Of a DNA stretch of 64,000 nucleotides, positions 20,628-34,087 are shown piece after piece. The notes beneath the pieces are model-generated. The model saw nothing but the letters and a program-made list of their open reading frames with translations, ran no database searches and was not told the origin of the DNA. The position numbers and the translations under genes were made by a program. Every line of letters starts with the position of its first letter. The stretch's first letter is position 1. Origin of the DNA: an uncultured Gammaproteobacteria bacterium (GTDB lineage: Bacteria > Pseudomonadota > Gammaproteobacteria > Burkholderiales > Burkholderiaceae_C); NCBI GenBank assembly GCA_963784815.1, contig CAWATB010000017.1:13864-77863 (forward strand). Direction: 5' to 3'.

Positions 20628-20669
20628 AGCGCTTATCCATAAAGCGCTAGCAGCTATCAATTTGATTGC
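20628..20669 (+). repeat. Family 1 element, copy 3
   Basis: AGCGCTT-N7-AAGCGCT-N4-GCTAT-N7-ATTGC. Confidence 0.85.
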
Positions 20670-20712
20670 ATTGACCGATGCCGCCACGATGCTGCTTGCG
20701 CCCTGCGCTGGT

Positions 20713-22360
20713 TTACACGTCAATGGCCACGGACGACCCGGCCTGCTTGCGCAGCTCAAACTTCTGGATCTTGCCGGTGCTGGTCTTGGGCAACTCGCCA
20801 AACACCACCGCGCGCGGCACCTTGAAGCCTGCCAGGTGCTTCTTGCAGTGCGCCACGATGTCTTCGGGCGTGGTCTGGGCACCGGCTTTCAGCTCGACAA
20901 ACGCGCAGGGTGTCTCGCCCCACTTCGCGTCGGGCTTGGCCACCACGGCGGCGGCCAGCACGTCGGGGTGGCGGTAGAGCACGTCTTCGACCTCGATGGA
21001 CGAGATGTTTTCGCCGCCCGAAATGATGATGTCCTTGCTGCGGTCTTTGATCTTGATGTAGCCGTCGGGGTACTGCACGGCCAGGTCGCCGCTGTGGAAC
21101 CAGCCGCCTGCAAACGCCTCTTCCGTCGCCTTGGGGTTCTTCAGGTAGCCCTTCATGGCGATGTTGCCCTTGAACATGATCTCGCCCATGGTTTCGCCGT
21201 CTTGCGGCACGGGCAGCATGGTTTCGGGGTCGAGCACGCGCACGTCGCGCTCCAGGTGGTAGCGCACGCCCTGGCGGGCGTTGAGGCGGGCGCGCTCGCC
21301 GATGTCCAGCGCGTCCCAGGCCTCGTGCTTGGCGCACACGGTGGCGGGGCCGTACACCTCGGTCAGGCCATAGACATGGGTCAGGTCGAACCCCATCTTT
21401 TCCATGCCTTCGATCATCGACGCCGGGGGCGCCGCGCCGGCCACCATGGCCTTGACGCCTGCGGGGACGCCCGCCTTCATCGCATCGGGCGCGTTGACCA
21501 GCATGCCGTGCACGATGGGCGCGCCGCAGTAGTGGGTGACGCCGTGGTGTGCGGATGGCGTCGAAGATGGCCTGCGCGTCCACGCGGCGCAGGCACACGT
21601 TGACGCCTGCGCGGGCGGCCACCGTCCACGGAAAGCACCAGCCGTTGCAGTGGAACATGGGCAGCGTCCACAGGTAGACCGCGTGCTTGGGCATGTCCCA
21701 CTCCAGCACGTTGCTGATGGCGTTGCTGGCCGCGCCCCGGTGGTGGTAGACCACGCCCTTGGGGTTGCCGGTGGTGCCGCTGGTGTAGTTGAGTGCTATC
21801 GCATCCCACTCATCGGCGGGCAGGCTCCACGCAAACTGCGCATCGCCGCCCGCCACAAACGCGTCGTACGTGACGCCGCCCAGGGGCTGGCTGGCGGGGC
21901 CGTACAAGGCGTCTTCCACCTCAATGACCAGCAGGGGTGCCGCACTTTGGCGCAGCGCCAGCGCCTTGGCCATGACGGGGGTGAACTCGGGGTCGACGAT
22001 GACGGCCTTGGCCTCGCCGTGGTCGAGCATGAAAGCTACCGTTTCGGGGTCTAGCCGGGTATTGATGGCGTTGAGCACGGCGCCCGCCATGGGGATGCCA
22101 AAGTGCGCCTCCACCATGGGCGGGGTGTTGGGCAGCATCACGGCCACGGTGTCGTTTTTGCCGATGCCTGCGCGCTGCAAGGCGCTGGCCAGTTGACGGC
22201 AGCGGGCGTAGGTCTGGCCCCAGGTCTGGCGCAGGTCGCCGTGCACGATGGCCAGGCGGTCGGGGTAGACCTCGGCGGTGCGTTCGATAAAGGACAGGGG
22301 CGACAGCGAGGCAAAGTTGGCCTCGGTGCGGGGCAGGTGCTGGTCAAAGATAGAGGTCAT
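20713..22360 (-). CDS. Acyl-CoA synthetase/AMP-dependent ligase (one frameshift near 21548)
   Basis: YTSGTTGNPKG P-loop, TLPMFHCNGW in the N-terminal frame; VYGLTE, WFHSGD, KDRSKDIIISGGEN, LPKTSTGK in the C-terminal frame. Confidence 0.9.
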
Positions 22361-22442
22361 GGGCACTTCAAGGGGGTCATCGGGCACAAGACGGCCGGAA
22401 GGTAGCTAAGTGGTTGGGTGGAGAGGCACCGTGTGAGGGCGC

Positions 22443-24101
22443 TCAAACCCGGCTGCGGCGGCTCTGCTTGATACGGTACATCGCAGCGTCGGCACTGGCC
22501 ATCAGCGTATGCGCATCTTGCGCGTCGCGCGGAAACAGGCTCACGCCAATGCTGGCGCGCACCGGAAAGGGCTTGCCATCGATGGCAAGCGGCGCTTCAA
22601 AGGCCTGTTCCAGCTTGGCAGCAATCTGCAAGGCGGCCTCGTCGGTGTCCACGTTTTCACACAACACGGTGAACTCGTCGCCCGCAAGCCGCGCCACGGT
22701 ATCGACCTGGCGCACTGCGCCGGTAATGGTGCGGGCCACGGCCTGCAGCACCTTGTCGCCCACAGCGTGGCCGCGGGTGTCGTTGATGGCCTTGAAATCG
22801 TCCAGGTCCACAAACAGAAGTGCACAACTGCGCCCGCTGCGGCGCGAAAGCTCCAGCACCTGCGCCAGGCGCTGCTCGAACATGCGGCGGTTGGGCAAAG
22901 CGGTCAGCGGGTCGTGGTGCGCCAGGTGCGCCATGGCGTCGCGGCTGGCGTTCAGCTCGGTCATCTGGCGGCTGATTTGCTGCTCCATGTCGTGAAAGCT
23001 GCGCGCCAGTTCGCCGACTTCGTCCTTGCGGTGCAAAGGTAGCGCACCGTGTGGGCGGCCTTGGGAGAACGCCTGCGCGGCATTCACCATGGCTTGCAGG
23101 GGCTGCGTCACCACACGCGACACCCACGCCGCCAGCAATACCCCCACTATGCTCAACACCAGCAGGATCTTGAAAATGCTGCGCCCCAGGTCCAGCACCT
23201 CGCCCTGCACCGCGGCCAGCGGCTGCGAGAGGCCCACCACCATGAACCGCCCTTCATCGGCGCGACCAAACGGCATGCGTACAAACGAATACACCAGCGC
23301 CTCGTTGTTGGCAGTGCCCGGCAGGCTGAACACGGCCGTGGCCTGCGCGCCACTGATGAGCGCCGCTGTGGGCGCATAGGTGTCCTGGACCAGAATGCGC
23401 TGGCCGCGGTCAAAACCAAACGTCTGGGTGGCATCTGGATGGATCAGAAAATCGCCCCAGCGGTTGCTCAGATAAAACCCATAGGGCGAAGGCAGCGAGC
23501 CGTCTAAGTTGTCCAAGAACTTTGCGGCAGCCAAACGCACCACCACCACGCCCCGCACGCGACCGCCCGACACCACGGGCGAGGCCATGCTGAATACAGG
23601 CACGGCCTGCGCGTCGGCCACGCCTTCGTGGTTGATGCCGAACTCGGACACGTACACCTGACCGGGAGCCAGGGCGAGGGCCTCAAACACAAACGGAAAG
23701 TGCGCCTTCTCTTGCAGGTCCTCGGCGGCAGCCACGTTGGCGGTTTCGCCGTTGCGGTCTACACGCACCAGTTCAAGCCCATGGTCTTGGGCGCTGATGA
23801 ACCGGATCTGCAGATAGGCGGGGTGCGCCACCACGCTGGCCTGGAACAGCTCTGTCAGGTGGCCCAGGTCTTGCTCGACCGCCGCCGCTTTGGCCAAAAA
23901 GGCCGTGTCCCGCGCCACGGAGCCAAAACCGGCCTGCATGTGGCGCGCCAGCACCTGCGTGGTGTCCATCAGCGAGCGCTCAGCCCGGCCCTGCAGGCGT
24001 TCGCGGCTGGAATCAAAGGCGTAGTAGCCTGCCAGAACCGCGGCAAAAACACTGAACGAGGCCAGCAAGGCCCCGAGTCTCAGCGCAATGCCCCATTTCA
24101 T
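22443..24101 (-). CDS. Membrane diguanylate cyclase: periplasmic Cache-like sensor, HAMP, GGDEF (AGDEF variant)
   Basis: Two TM helices flanking a ~270-aa periplasmic region; HAMP (RKDEVGELARSF); HDPLT, DLDDFKAIND, RQVD I-site, RLAGDEF. Confidence 0.88.
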   Translation of the reverse strand: MKWGIALRLGALLASFSVFAAVLAGYYAFDSSRERLQGRAERSLMDTTQVLARHMQAGFGSVARDTAFLAKAAAVEQDLGHLTELFQASVVAHPAYLQIRFISAQDHGLELVRVDRNGETANVAAAEDLQEKAHFPFVFEALALAPGQVYVSEFGINHEGVADAQAVPVFSMASPVVSGGRVRGVVVVRLAAAKFLDNLDGSLPSPYGFYLSNRWGDFLIHPDATQTFGFDRGQRILVQDTYAPTAALISGAQATAVFSLPGTANNEALVYSFVRMPFGRADEGRFMVVGLSQPLAAVQGEVLDLGRSIFKILLVLSIVGVLLAAWVSRVVTQPLQAMVNAAQAFSQGRPHGALPLHRKDEVGELARSFHDMEQQISRQMTELNASRDAMAHLAHHDPLTALPNRRMFEQRLAQVLELSRRSGRSCALLFVDLDDFKAINDTRGHAVGDKVLQAVARTITGAVRQVDTVARLAGDEFTVLCENVDTDEAALQIAAKLEQAFEAPLAIDGKPFPVRASIGVSLFPRDAQDAHTLMASADAAMYRIKQSRRSRV

Positions 24102-24113
24102 TAGCCCGACCCT

Positions 24114-25215
24114 TCAGAACCGGGAGGGCCGGTCGCCCGACAAAATGCGCTGCCACAGCTGGGCGCGGCGGGCTTCGTCTTCGACCGGCTCCAGCCATAC
24201 GATGGCGCCCATCGGGGCGTCGTCGGAGAGCGCGGGAGGCTCATCCAGCGTGTTGGCCAACCCCTGGCGCTGCGTAAGGGTTCGGCTCACGCTCGGGTCA
24301 AGCATGTAGTTGATCCACTCTGCAGCCAACGCCACCTGGGTGGAGCGGCGGGTGATGGCCCAGCAATCCAGCCAGGCCAAGGCACCTTCACGCGGCACCA
24401 CATAGCCCACATCCAGGCCCGCGTCACGCAGCTGCTTGAGCTGTTGCTGGCCATAGTTGGCGTGCATCACCGCCACGTTGTGCTTGCGAAATAGCTCTAG
24501 CGATTCTTCCGGCAGGCTGTAGAAAGAGCGCACATTGCGGCGCAGCGCCACCAGGTCCTTGGCCAGCGCGCTGAAGTGGCCGGGCTCAATCCGAAACGGC
24601 GAAAGCCCCCGGTACATCGCCGCCAGCGAAAATCCGTGGCTGCTGCCGTCAAAGGCCAGCACCTTGCCCTGCCAGCGCGGGTCCCACAGCACCGAAATCG
24701 ACTGCGGTGGTGCCATGAACTGCCGGCGGTCGTAGATGAGCCCCATCTCCGAGTAGGTGTAGGGCATGGCATACACGTCGGGCCCTTGCGTGATGCCGGC
24801 AATGGCCTGCAACTGACGAAACCGCGGCAACTGGCGTGCGGCATTGGTAATGGTGCCCATGGGCAGCGGGGTGAGCAAACGCCGGGCTACCAAGCGGGAT
24901 ATTTCTGCGGTGTTGGCGGCCACCAGGTCAAAACCCGGGCCGCTCGGTGTTGGCAAGCTGGGCACGCAACACGTCGTCTGACGCCACCGTGGTGATCTCC
25001 ACCTTGACCCCATGCCGCTTCTCAAACACCGCCACGATGTCGGGGTCGGCATAACCGGGCCAGGACAACACCCGCAGCACCGTTGCGGCCTGGACATTCG
25101 GAGCAGTAAGACCTAGAACCACAACAACGGCCGAAAGCAACGCAGCCATGCCCCCCCGTGGCGCAGCCTGCTGCGCCCTGGCACTCGCCCGTCGCCACCA
25201 CGTTGTGAAGGCCAT
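24114..25215 (-). CDS. PotD/PotF-like extracellular solute-binding protein (one frameshift near 24940)
   Basis: LRVLSWPGYADP N-terminus; FDLVAAN, YAMPYTY, SVLWDP, VPREGALAWLDCWAI, AEWINYML. Start could be 25215 or 25149. Confidence 0.8.
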
Positions 25216-25272
25216 ACCCCAATCCCTGCCCTGTATATCTGGTAACAAACAGTTTACGCGGACAATAGCCGC

Positions 25273-27295
25273 GTGACGATCCCTCAGTCTTTCATTCAGG
25301 AACTGCTCGCCCGTGTTGACGTGGTCGACATCGTGGGCCGCTATGTGCAGCTGAAAAAAGGCGGGGCCAACTTCATGGGGTTGTGCCCTTTTCATGGAGA
25401 AAAGTCACCATCTTTCAGCGTGAGCCCTGCCAAACAGTTCTATCACTGCTTTGGGTGTGGCAAAAACGGCAATGCCATCAGTTTCTTGATGGAACACGCG
25501 GGTATGGGCTTTGTGGAGGCCGTGCAAGACCTCGCGCAACAGGTGGGCCTGCAGGTGCCGGACGATGATGTCTCACCCCAAGAGAAAGAACGCGCCGCAG
25601 CGGCCCGCCAAAAGCAAGCCACGCTGAGCGATGTGCTGGAAAAAGCGGCCGATGCCTACCGCCGCCAATTGCGGGAATCGCAGCGCGCTATTGGCTATTT
25701 CAAGGGCCGGGGCGTATCGGGTGCGGTGGCCAAACTGTACGGACTGGGCTACGCGCCCGAAGGCTGGCGCAGTCTGGCCAGCGTGTTCCCCAAGCTACGA
25801 CGACCCGCTGCTGGAAGAAAGTGGGCTGGTTATCGTCAACGACGAAGACGGGGGAAAACGCTACGACCGGTTTCGCGACCGGGTGATGTTCCCCATTCGG
25901 AATGTGAAGGGTGAATTCATCGGGTTTGGCGGGCGTGTGCTGGGTGACGACAAACCCAAATACCTCAACTCACCCGAAACTCCCGTGTTTCACAAAGGGC
26001 GCGAGCTGTATGGCCTGTTCGAAGCGCGCACTGCCATCCGCGAAGCGGGCTACGCGCTGGTCACCGAAGGCTATATGGATGTGGTGGCGCTGGCGCAGTT
26101 GGGGTTTCCGAACGCGGTGGCCACCCTGGGCACCGCCTGCACGCCAGAACACGTGCAAAAGCTGCTCCGTTTTACCGAATCAGTGGTGTTCAGCTTTGAC
26201 GGCGACAACGCCGGGCGGCGCGCTGCGCGCAAGGCACTGGACGGCGCCCTGCCCCACGCCACGGATACGCGCAGCATCAAGTTTCTGTTTCTGCCGACCG
26301 AGCACGACCCCGACAGTTTTATCCGCGCCCACGGCACCGAGGCGTTTGCCCGCCTGGTGGGCGACGCCATGCCGCTGAGCCGATTTTTGGTGGATGCCGC
26401 CAGCGAGGGCTGCGACCTGGGCACCGCCGAGGGCCGCGCCCACATGGCCAGCAACGCGCGCCCACTGTGGACGGCACTGCCCGACGGCGTGCTCAAGCGC
26501 CAGTTGCTCAGCGAACTGGCCGATCAGACCCAGCTCAATGCCCGGGATCTGTCAGAGCTGTGGAGCCAAGGAACCGGTCGGGACGCCCCCCGCCCCCTCG
26601 GCCCCGGCAACCCGCCACGCCGCAGCCACAGCCCAGCGCAAGAAGAATCGCCCCCGTGGGGCCACCCACCGGATTCGGACGGATGGCCTCCCCAAGCCGA
26701 GCCCTCCAACCCGGGTTACAGCAGCTACGGCCACTCCGTTGAGCACCAAAGCCCGCCAACGTTTCGCAAAACTGGCGACTGGAAGGGTGGCGGCTGGAAA
26801 AAGCGGGACAAAGACGCTGCGCAGTGGCCCCCTCAACCCCGACTGCCGCGCACGCCCACGGCCAGCCGCACCGACCACGCGGCGCGTCTGCTGTTGTCGC
26901 ACATGGCCTTTCTGGAAGAGCTGACACACGATGACCACGCCACTCTGTGCGCGCAGCCGTCGCCGCACGGACCCCTGTTTGCCTGGCTGGAAGACCAGTT
27001 CCACGAACATGGCCCCCTGGCCTGGGCCGTGCTGCGCGAGAGCCTGCGCGACCATGAGTGCGAGACCTTGGCCGTCAAGGTGATGACCGGATCACACGCG
27101 CAGACCGAGGGTGATCTGCAGGAACTGCGACTGGAGCTGCGCGACCTGCTCAACCGCATGCAGATCGAAGAGATCAAGGAGCAGCAAAAGCTGCTGGTCT
27201 TGCAGGTGGCGCAAGACCCGACGGCGTTGGAGCGCTACCGCGCTTTAGAGCAAAAGCGCAACGCTTTGCAGAGTGCAGCGGTCAAAATGGCTTGA
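25273..27295 (+). CDS. dnaG: DNA primase (one frameshift near 25792)
   Basis: Zn ribbon CPFHGEKSPSF...CFGC, DRFRDRVMFPI, KYLNSPET, EGYMDV, FDGD, DPD; upstream of rpoD. Confidence 0.96.
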
Positions 27296-27310
27296 AATCG
27301 GCGCAAAAGG

Positions 27311-27316
27311 TATAAT
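27311..27316 (+). promoter_or_regulatory. Probable sigma70 -10 box of an rpoD promoter
   Basis: Perfect TATAAT 15 nt after the dnaG stop and ~250 nt before rpoD; -35 is poor. Confidence 0.45.
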
Positions 27317-27562
27317 GTAGGGTTAGTTATCGGCAAGAGCGACAGCAGCACCTCCGAGCCGGGCCACCGTGACAAACGCGCACCTATGCGCTGATGGGCC
27401 CACTTATCGCAAGGACTGCACACCAAATGATCGCCCAGACATCTTGCCTCTGAGGGCCTCCCCTCGAAGCGCAAAGCAGTTGTAGCTTTGCGTTGCCACC
27501 CGCGCCGGGACCCGAGGCGCTTGCGTTTTCTTTGTGTCCGTTTTTGATCCTGAGGTTGTTCC

Positions 27563-29932
<2,370 letters not shown>

Positions 29933-29952
29933 GCCTGAACCGTCACCGGCTT

Positions 29953-29988
29953 ACGCCCTGCCCCGCAATCGCGGTGCAGGGCGTTTTT
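29953..29988 (+). terminator. Intrinsic terminator after rpoD
   Basis: ACGCCCTGC/GCAGGGCGT stem followed by TTTT. Confidence 0.75.
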
Positions 29989-30198
29989 CATGGTGACACC
30001 GGAACCCCCACGTTTACCCTGATGCCACGGACAGCAGACTGACAGTTTGGAGGGCGACCATTGCCCGCACATCGGGAGAATTCGATGCCGCGTGAGGTGG
30101 TGGGTTGCTGACACACAGCGGCACAGCCAAAGGTTCGATCACGGCAGCAACCGCATCCGGTGCTTCTGAACCACGCACTACCTCACAAGGGACGCTCC

Positions 30199-31221
30199 AT
30201 GTCTGCAGATATCAACCGCCGCAAAGCCATCGCGCAATCCGTACTGGCCGCCACGGCTTGGACCACATTCGGCCCATCTGCGTGGGCTCAGACCAGCAGC
30301 AATGCGCCTCGCCCCACACCCGCCAAAGCGCCCAAACTGACAAGCACGCTTCGCATCGTGATACCTGCCAATCCTGGCGGCGGCTGGGACCAGACCGGCC
30401 GAGCACTCGGCGCAGCGTTGGTGGCCGCGGGCGCAGCGGATCAGGTGGAATACGAAAACATGGGTGGCAAGGGCGGCACCATAGGACTTGCCAAATACGT
30501 CGAAAAGTATGGCAACGATGCCAACACCCTGTTCATGGGTGGAATGGTGATGGTCGGCGCCGTAGCACTGCAGAAACCTGCGGTGGACATGACGCAGATC
30601 CAGCCACTCGCGCGCCTGACCAGTGACTACCTGGTGGCAGCCGTAGCGGCCAAGTCCCCCATCAAGACCACCAAGGATCTGTCGGAGGCGATGCGCGCAG
30701 ATTTGCGTTCGATGCCCGTGGCGGGTGGCTCTGCCGGTGGGGTGGACCACATCTTTGCAGGGGTGCTGGCGCGTGCTTCCAAAGCCAAACCGGACGATCT
30801 GATCTACAAGCCCTTTGCGGGCGGCGCTGAAGTGGTGGATGCGCTGGTGACGGGGTCAGCTTCGGTGGGCCTTTCGGGCTACAGCGAATTCAGCGACGGC
30901 ATCGCCTCGGGCAAGCTTCGCGCCATTGGGGTGTCTTCACGCCGCAGCGTGTTTGGTTTGCCCGCGTTTCGCGAGCAGGGCCTGGACGCCACCATGGCCA
31001 ACTGGCGCGGGGTGTTCACCGGCAAAGGGGTGTCCGCCGCACGCGCTGCAGAAATGCTGGCGGCAGTAGAAGCAGCCACCGCGCACGAATCGTGGTTGCG
31101 TGCGCTCAAACAGAACCGATGGGAACCCTCTTGGCTTGCAGGCAAGGACTTGGCAGAGTTCATGGAGTTGGACCTCACCACGGCGCGGGTGATGGTGTAC
31201 TTGCTCAAGTTGAAGGCTTGA
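30199..31221 (+). CDS. Bug/TctC tripartite tricarboxylate transporter substrate-binding protein
   Basis: Tat-like NRRKAI, PANPGGGWDQTGR, ENMGGKGGTIG, NWRGVF. Confidence 0.88.
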   Translation: MSADINRRKAIAQSVLAATAWTTFGPSAWAQTSSNAPRPTPAKAPKLTSTLRIVIPANPGGGWDQTGRALGAALVAAGAADQVEYENMGGKGGTIGLAKYVEKYGNDANTLFMGGMVMVGAVALQKPAVDMTQIQPLARLTSDYLVAAVAAKSPIKTTKDLSEAMRADLRSMPVAGGSAGGVDHIFAGVLARASKAKPDDLIYKPFAGGAEVVDALVTGSASVGLSGYSEFSDGIASGKLRAIGVSSRRSVFGLPAFREQGLDATMANWRGVFTGKGVSAARAAEMLAAVEAATAHESWLRALKQNRWEPSWLAGKDLAEFMELDLTTARVMVYLLKLKA

Positions 31222-31365
31222 AACCCCGAGGTTCGCATCGCGCTTTAGTCCTCAGGCAAATGCCGCCAGTGCGACGGGGCAACCGTTGCACGGTGCTTGT
31301 TGGCGAGGGTTGCGCCAGTTTCCAAGGCAGCCGGTCAATCTGAAACGCATCGCAAGGATCCTCCA

Positions 31366-32955
31366 ATGAAAATGTCCAATCACTCCATCGGTGCCCGCAT
31401 GGCCACCGCACTGGGCCTTGTCCTCGCGCTTCTTCTCGGAGCCGCCCTGTTTGGCATCGCAGCCCTTTACAAAACCCTGGGTACCTACGACAGCACCGTC
31501 CAGGAACGTGTAGCACAAGAACGCGCCGTCAGTCGCATGGAGAGCGAATTCAAAACCCAGGTGCTGGAATGGAAAAACACGTTGCTGCGTGGGGAGGACG
31601 CCCGCAAGCGGGAACTTCACTGGGCCTCTTTCCAAGCCAGCGAGAAGCGTGTGGCCGACGCCGCCAAGGCGCTGGAGCCACAACTGACCGATGCGCAGGA
31701 AAAGGCCGCGCTGCAGAACTTCACCAACGCACACACCCAGATGGCGCAGGGCTACCGCAAAGGCTTTGAGGTGTTTCAATCCTTGGGCTTTGTGCCGTCG
31801 GCGGGAGACGCCGATGTCGCCGACATTGACCAGGGCCCCGCCAAGTTGCTGACCACTTTGGGGCAGCAGGTGGCAGCCAGCAGTGCAGCCATTGCGCAAC
31901 AAGCCGCAGTGGACGCGCGGCGTGCACTCGTCAGCAGCTTGGTGGCCCTGGCGCTGGTGACAGCGCTGGGCGGTTGCGCAGGCTGGTTGCTGACACGCTC
32001 GGTGGTTCGCCCGCTCCAGGTGGCGGTGTCGGTGGCCAACAAGGTAGCTGCCGGAGACCTGACCACCACCATTCAGGTCGACGGAAACGACGAACCCGCG
32101 CGCCTGCTGCAAGCCCTGCGGTCCATGCAAGACAACCTGGAGAACGTGGTGTCGGGCGTGCGCAGCAATGCAGAAGGCGTGGCCAGCGCCAGTGCCGAGA
32201 TCGCGCAAGGCAATGCGGACCTGAGCATGCGCACAGAAGACCAGGCGTCGTCGCTGGACGAAACCACGTCATCGATGCAGCAACTGCAAGCCACGGTGCA
32301 ACAGAACGCTTCCAACGCCCAACGCGCGAACGAGCTCGCTCGCAACGGTGCCACAGTGGCCCAGCGCGGCGGCGATGTGGTGACGCAGATGGTAGAAGTG
32401 GTGCAAGGCATTCAGGACAGCTCACGTCGCATTGCGGACATCATCGGAGTCATCGACAGCATCGCGTTTCAGACCAACATCCTGGCACTCAACGCCGCGG
32501 TCGAAGCCGCCCGAGCGGGTGAACAAGGCCGCGGCTTTGCCGTGGTGGCCAGCGAAGTGCGCAGCCTCGCCACCCGTAGCGCAGGCGCAGCCCGCGAGAT
32601 CAAGCAGCTTATCCAGACCAGCGTGGAGCGCGTGCAGGCGGGATCTGACCTGGCCCGCAATGCCGGCACCACCATGACCGAGGTGGTCTCGTCTATCCAG
32701 GGCGTAAGCGCCTTGATGGAAGAAATCAGCCAGGCCAGCGCCGCGCAAACCAGCGACATGCTGCGCGTGACGCAGGCCATCGTCCGCATGGACGAAGCCA
32801 CTCAGCAAAATGCTGCACTGGTGGAAGAAAGCGCTGCTGCGGCAGGCAGCCTGAGCGGCCAGGCCCGCCAACTGGTGGAGGCGGTAGAAGTGTTCCGCCT
32901 GCGCGGAGCCCTCCGTGCACCGGCACTGCCTTCGCCGTCGCAGCCGGGGCGCTGA
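31366..32955 (+). CDS. Methyl-accepting chemotaxis protein
   Basis: Two TMs, HAMP, signalling hairpin IAFQTNILALNAAVEAARAGEQGRGFAVVASEVR. Confidence 0.95.
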   Translation: MKMSNHSIGARMATALGLVLALLLGAALFGIAALYKTLGTYDSTVQERVAQERAVSRMESEFKTQVLEWKNTLLRGEDARKRELHWASFQASEKRVADAAKALEPQLTDAQEKAALQNFTNAHTQMAQGYRKGFEVFQSLGFVPSAGDADVADIDQGPAKLLTTLGQQVAASSAAIAQQAAVDARRALVSSLVALALVTALGGCAGWLLTRSVVRPLQVAVSVANKVAAGDLTTTIQVDGNDEPARLLQALRSMQDNLENVVSGVRSNAEGVASASAEIAQGNADLSMRTEDQASSLDETTSSMQQLQATVQQNASNAQRANELARNGATVAQRGGDVVTQMVEVVQGIQDSSRRIADIIGVIDSIAFQTNILALNAAVEAARAGEQGRGFAVVASEVRSLATRSAGAAREIKQLIQTSVERVQAGSDLARNAGTTMTEVVSSIQGVSALMEEISQASAAQTSDMLRVTQAIVRMDEATQQNAALVEESAAAAGSLSGQARQLVEAVEVFRLRGALRAPALPSPSQPGR

Positions 32956-32992
32956 AACCTGTCAACGCCCCGCCAGGGGGCAAAACGCAGCT

Positions 32993-34013
32993 TCAGTCGA
33001 TCTTCAGGCCCGACTGCTTGACCAGCTTGGCCATGCGCGCCGACTTCAGCCCGGAAAAAGGCGGTGGTCGCCTCAGGCGTGGTGCCTTGCAACTGGTAGC
33101 CCTGCGCCAGCAAGGCATCACGAGCCTCCGGCGCTGCCAAGGTCGCGCGCACAGCCTGATAGATCCGATCACTTTCTGCCTTGGGCAGACCCGCGGGGCC
33201 CACCAGGGCCACCCAGCCATCCAGCGCGTACTGCGGCAGCCCTTGTTCTGCAATGGTGGGTAGGTCTGGCAACAACGCAGAGCGGGTGGTGGATGACAAC
33301 CCGATGGCCTTGAGGGTGCCCGCCTTCACGTGGGGAACCGCCACCGCCACGGCGATGAACGCCAGCTGAATCTGCCCGCCCAGCACGTCAGCCGTCAGCG
33401 GGCCCATGCCGCGGTAGGGGATGTGCTTGATGTCGACCTGGGCTTCGTGCACAAACATTTCTGCTGCAAGGTGCAGGATGGTTCCATTGCCCGACGAGCC
33501 ATAGTTGAGCGTGCCGGGTTGCGCCTTGGCCAACGCAATGAGTTCTCGCACATTCTTGGCCGCCACTGACGGGTGCGCCACCAGCACAAATGGGGTGGCG
33601 CCAATCACCGTGATCGGCGTGATGTCGTCCACCGCGTCGTAAGGGATGTTCTTGAACACGCTGGGGTTGACCACATGGTTGTTCGACACCATGCCCAGCG
33701 CAGCGCCATCCTTGGCCGCCTTGACGATCATGGAGGTGCCAGTGATACCGCCCGCGCCGGGGAAGTTCTCCACCACCACCGGGCGCCCCAGTGACTTGCC
33801 CAGGCTGGGACCCAGCGCGCGCGCCAGGCCGTCCACGCCCGAACCAGCGCTCACCGGCAGGATCAAGCGCACCGGGCGGTCAGTCGGTTGCGCCCAGGCG
33901 CCAAAAGGCGCTGCAGCGCCTGCCGCCAAGCCAGCCAGAGTGGCCAGCGCGGTGCGCCGCGGCATGCCGCGGTGCCACAAATGCGGTGTTGTAGGAGGTG
34001 TGTCGTGATGCAT
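32993..34013 (-). CDS. Bug/TctC family substrate-binding protein (frameshift near 33042 in the last helix)
   Basis: PVSAGSGVDGLAR, ENFPGAGG, YGSSGNGT, HIPYRG; the true C-terminus ARMAKLVKQSGLKID is in the adjacent frame. Confidence 0.88.
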
Positions 34014-34087
34014 GGCGTTTGTCTCCGTTGTTGTATTCGTTCAATGCCAGGCGCTGCTGCCCACCCCGTGGTGCCGGGGCGGCGGCT

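Noticed and set aside
25780-25800. Programmed frameshift or pseudogenisation of dnaG and the other broken genes
   Set aside because: No slippery heptamer, dnaG is essential, and similar single-base indels are scattered throughout the window, pointing to sequencing error.
27291-27316. Sigma32 promoter for rpoD (CTTGAAA)
   Set aside because: No CCCCAT-type -10 at the proper spacing; TATAAT follows instead.
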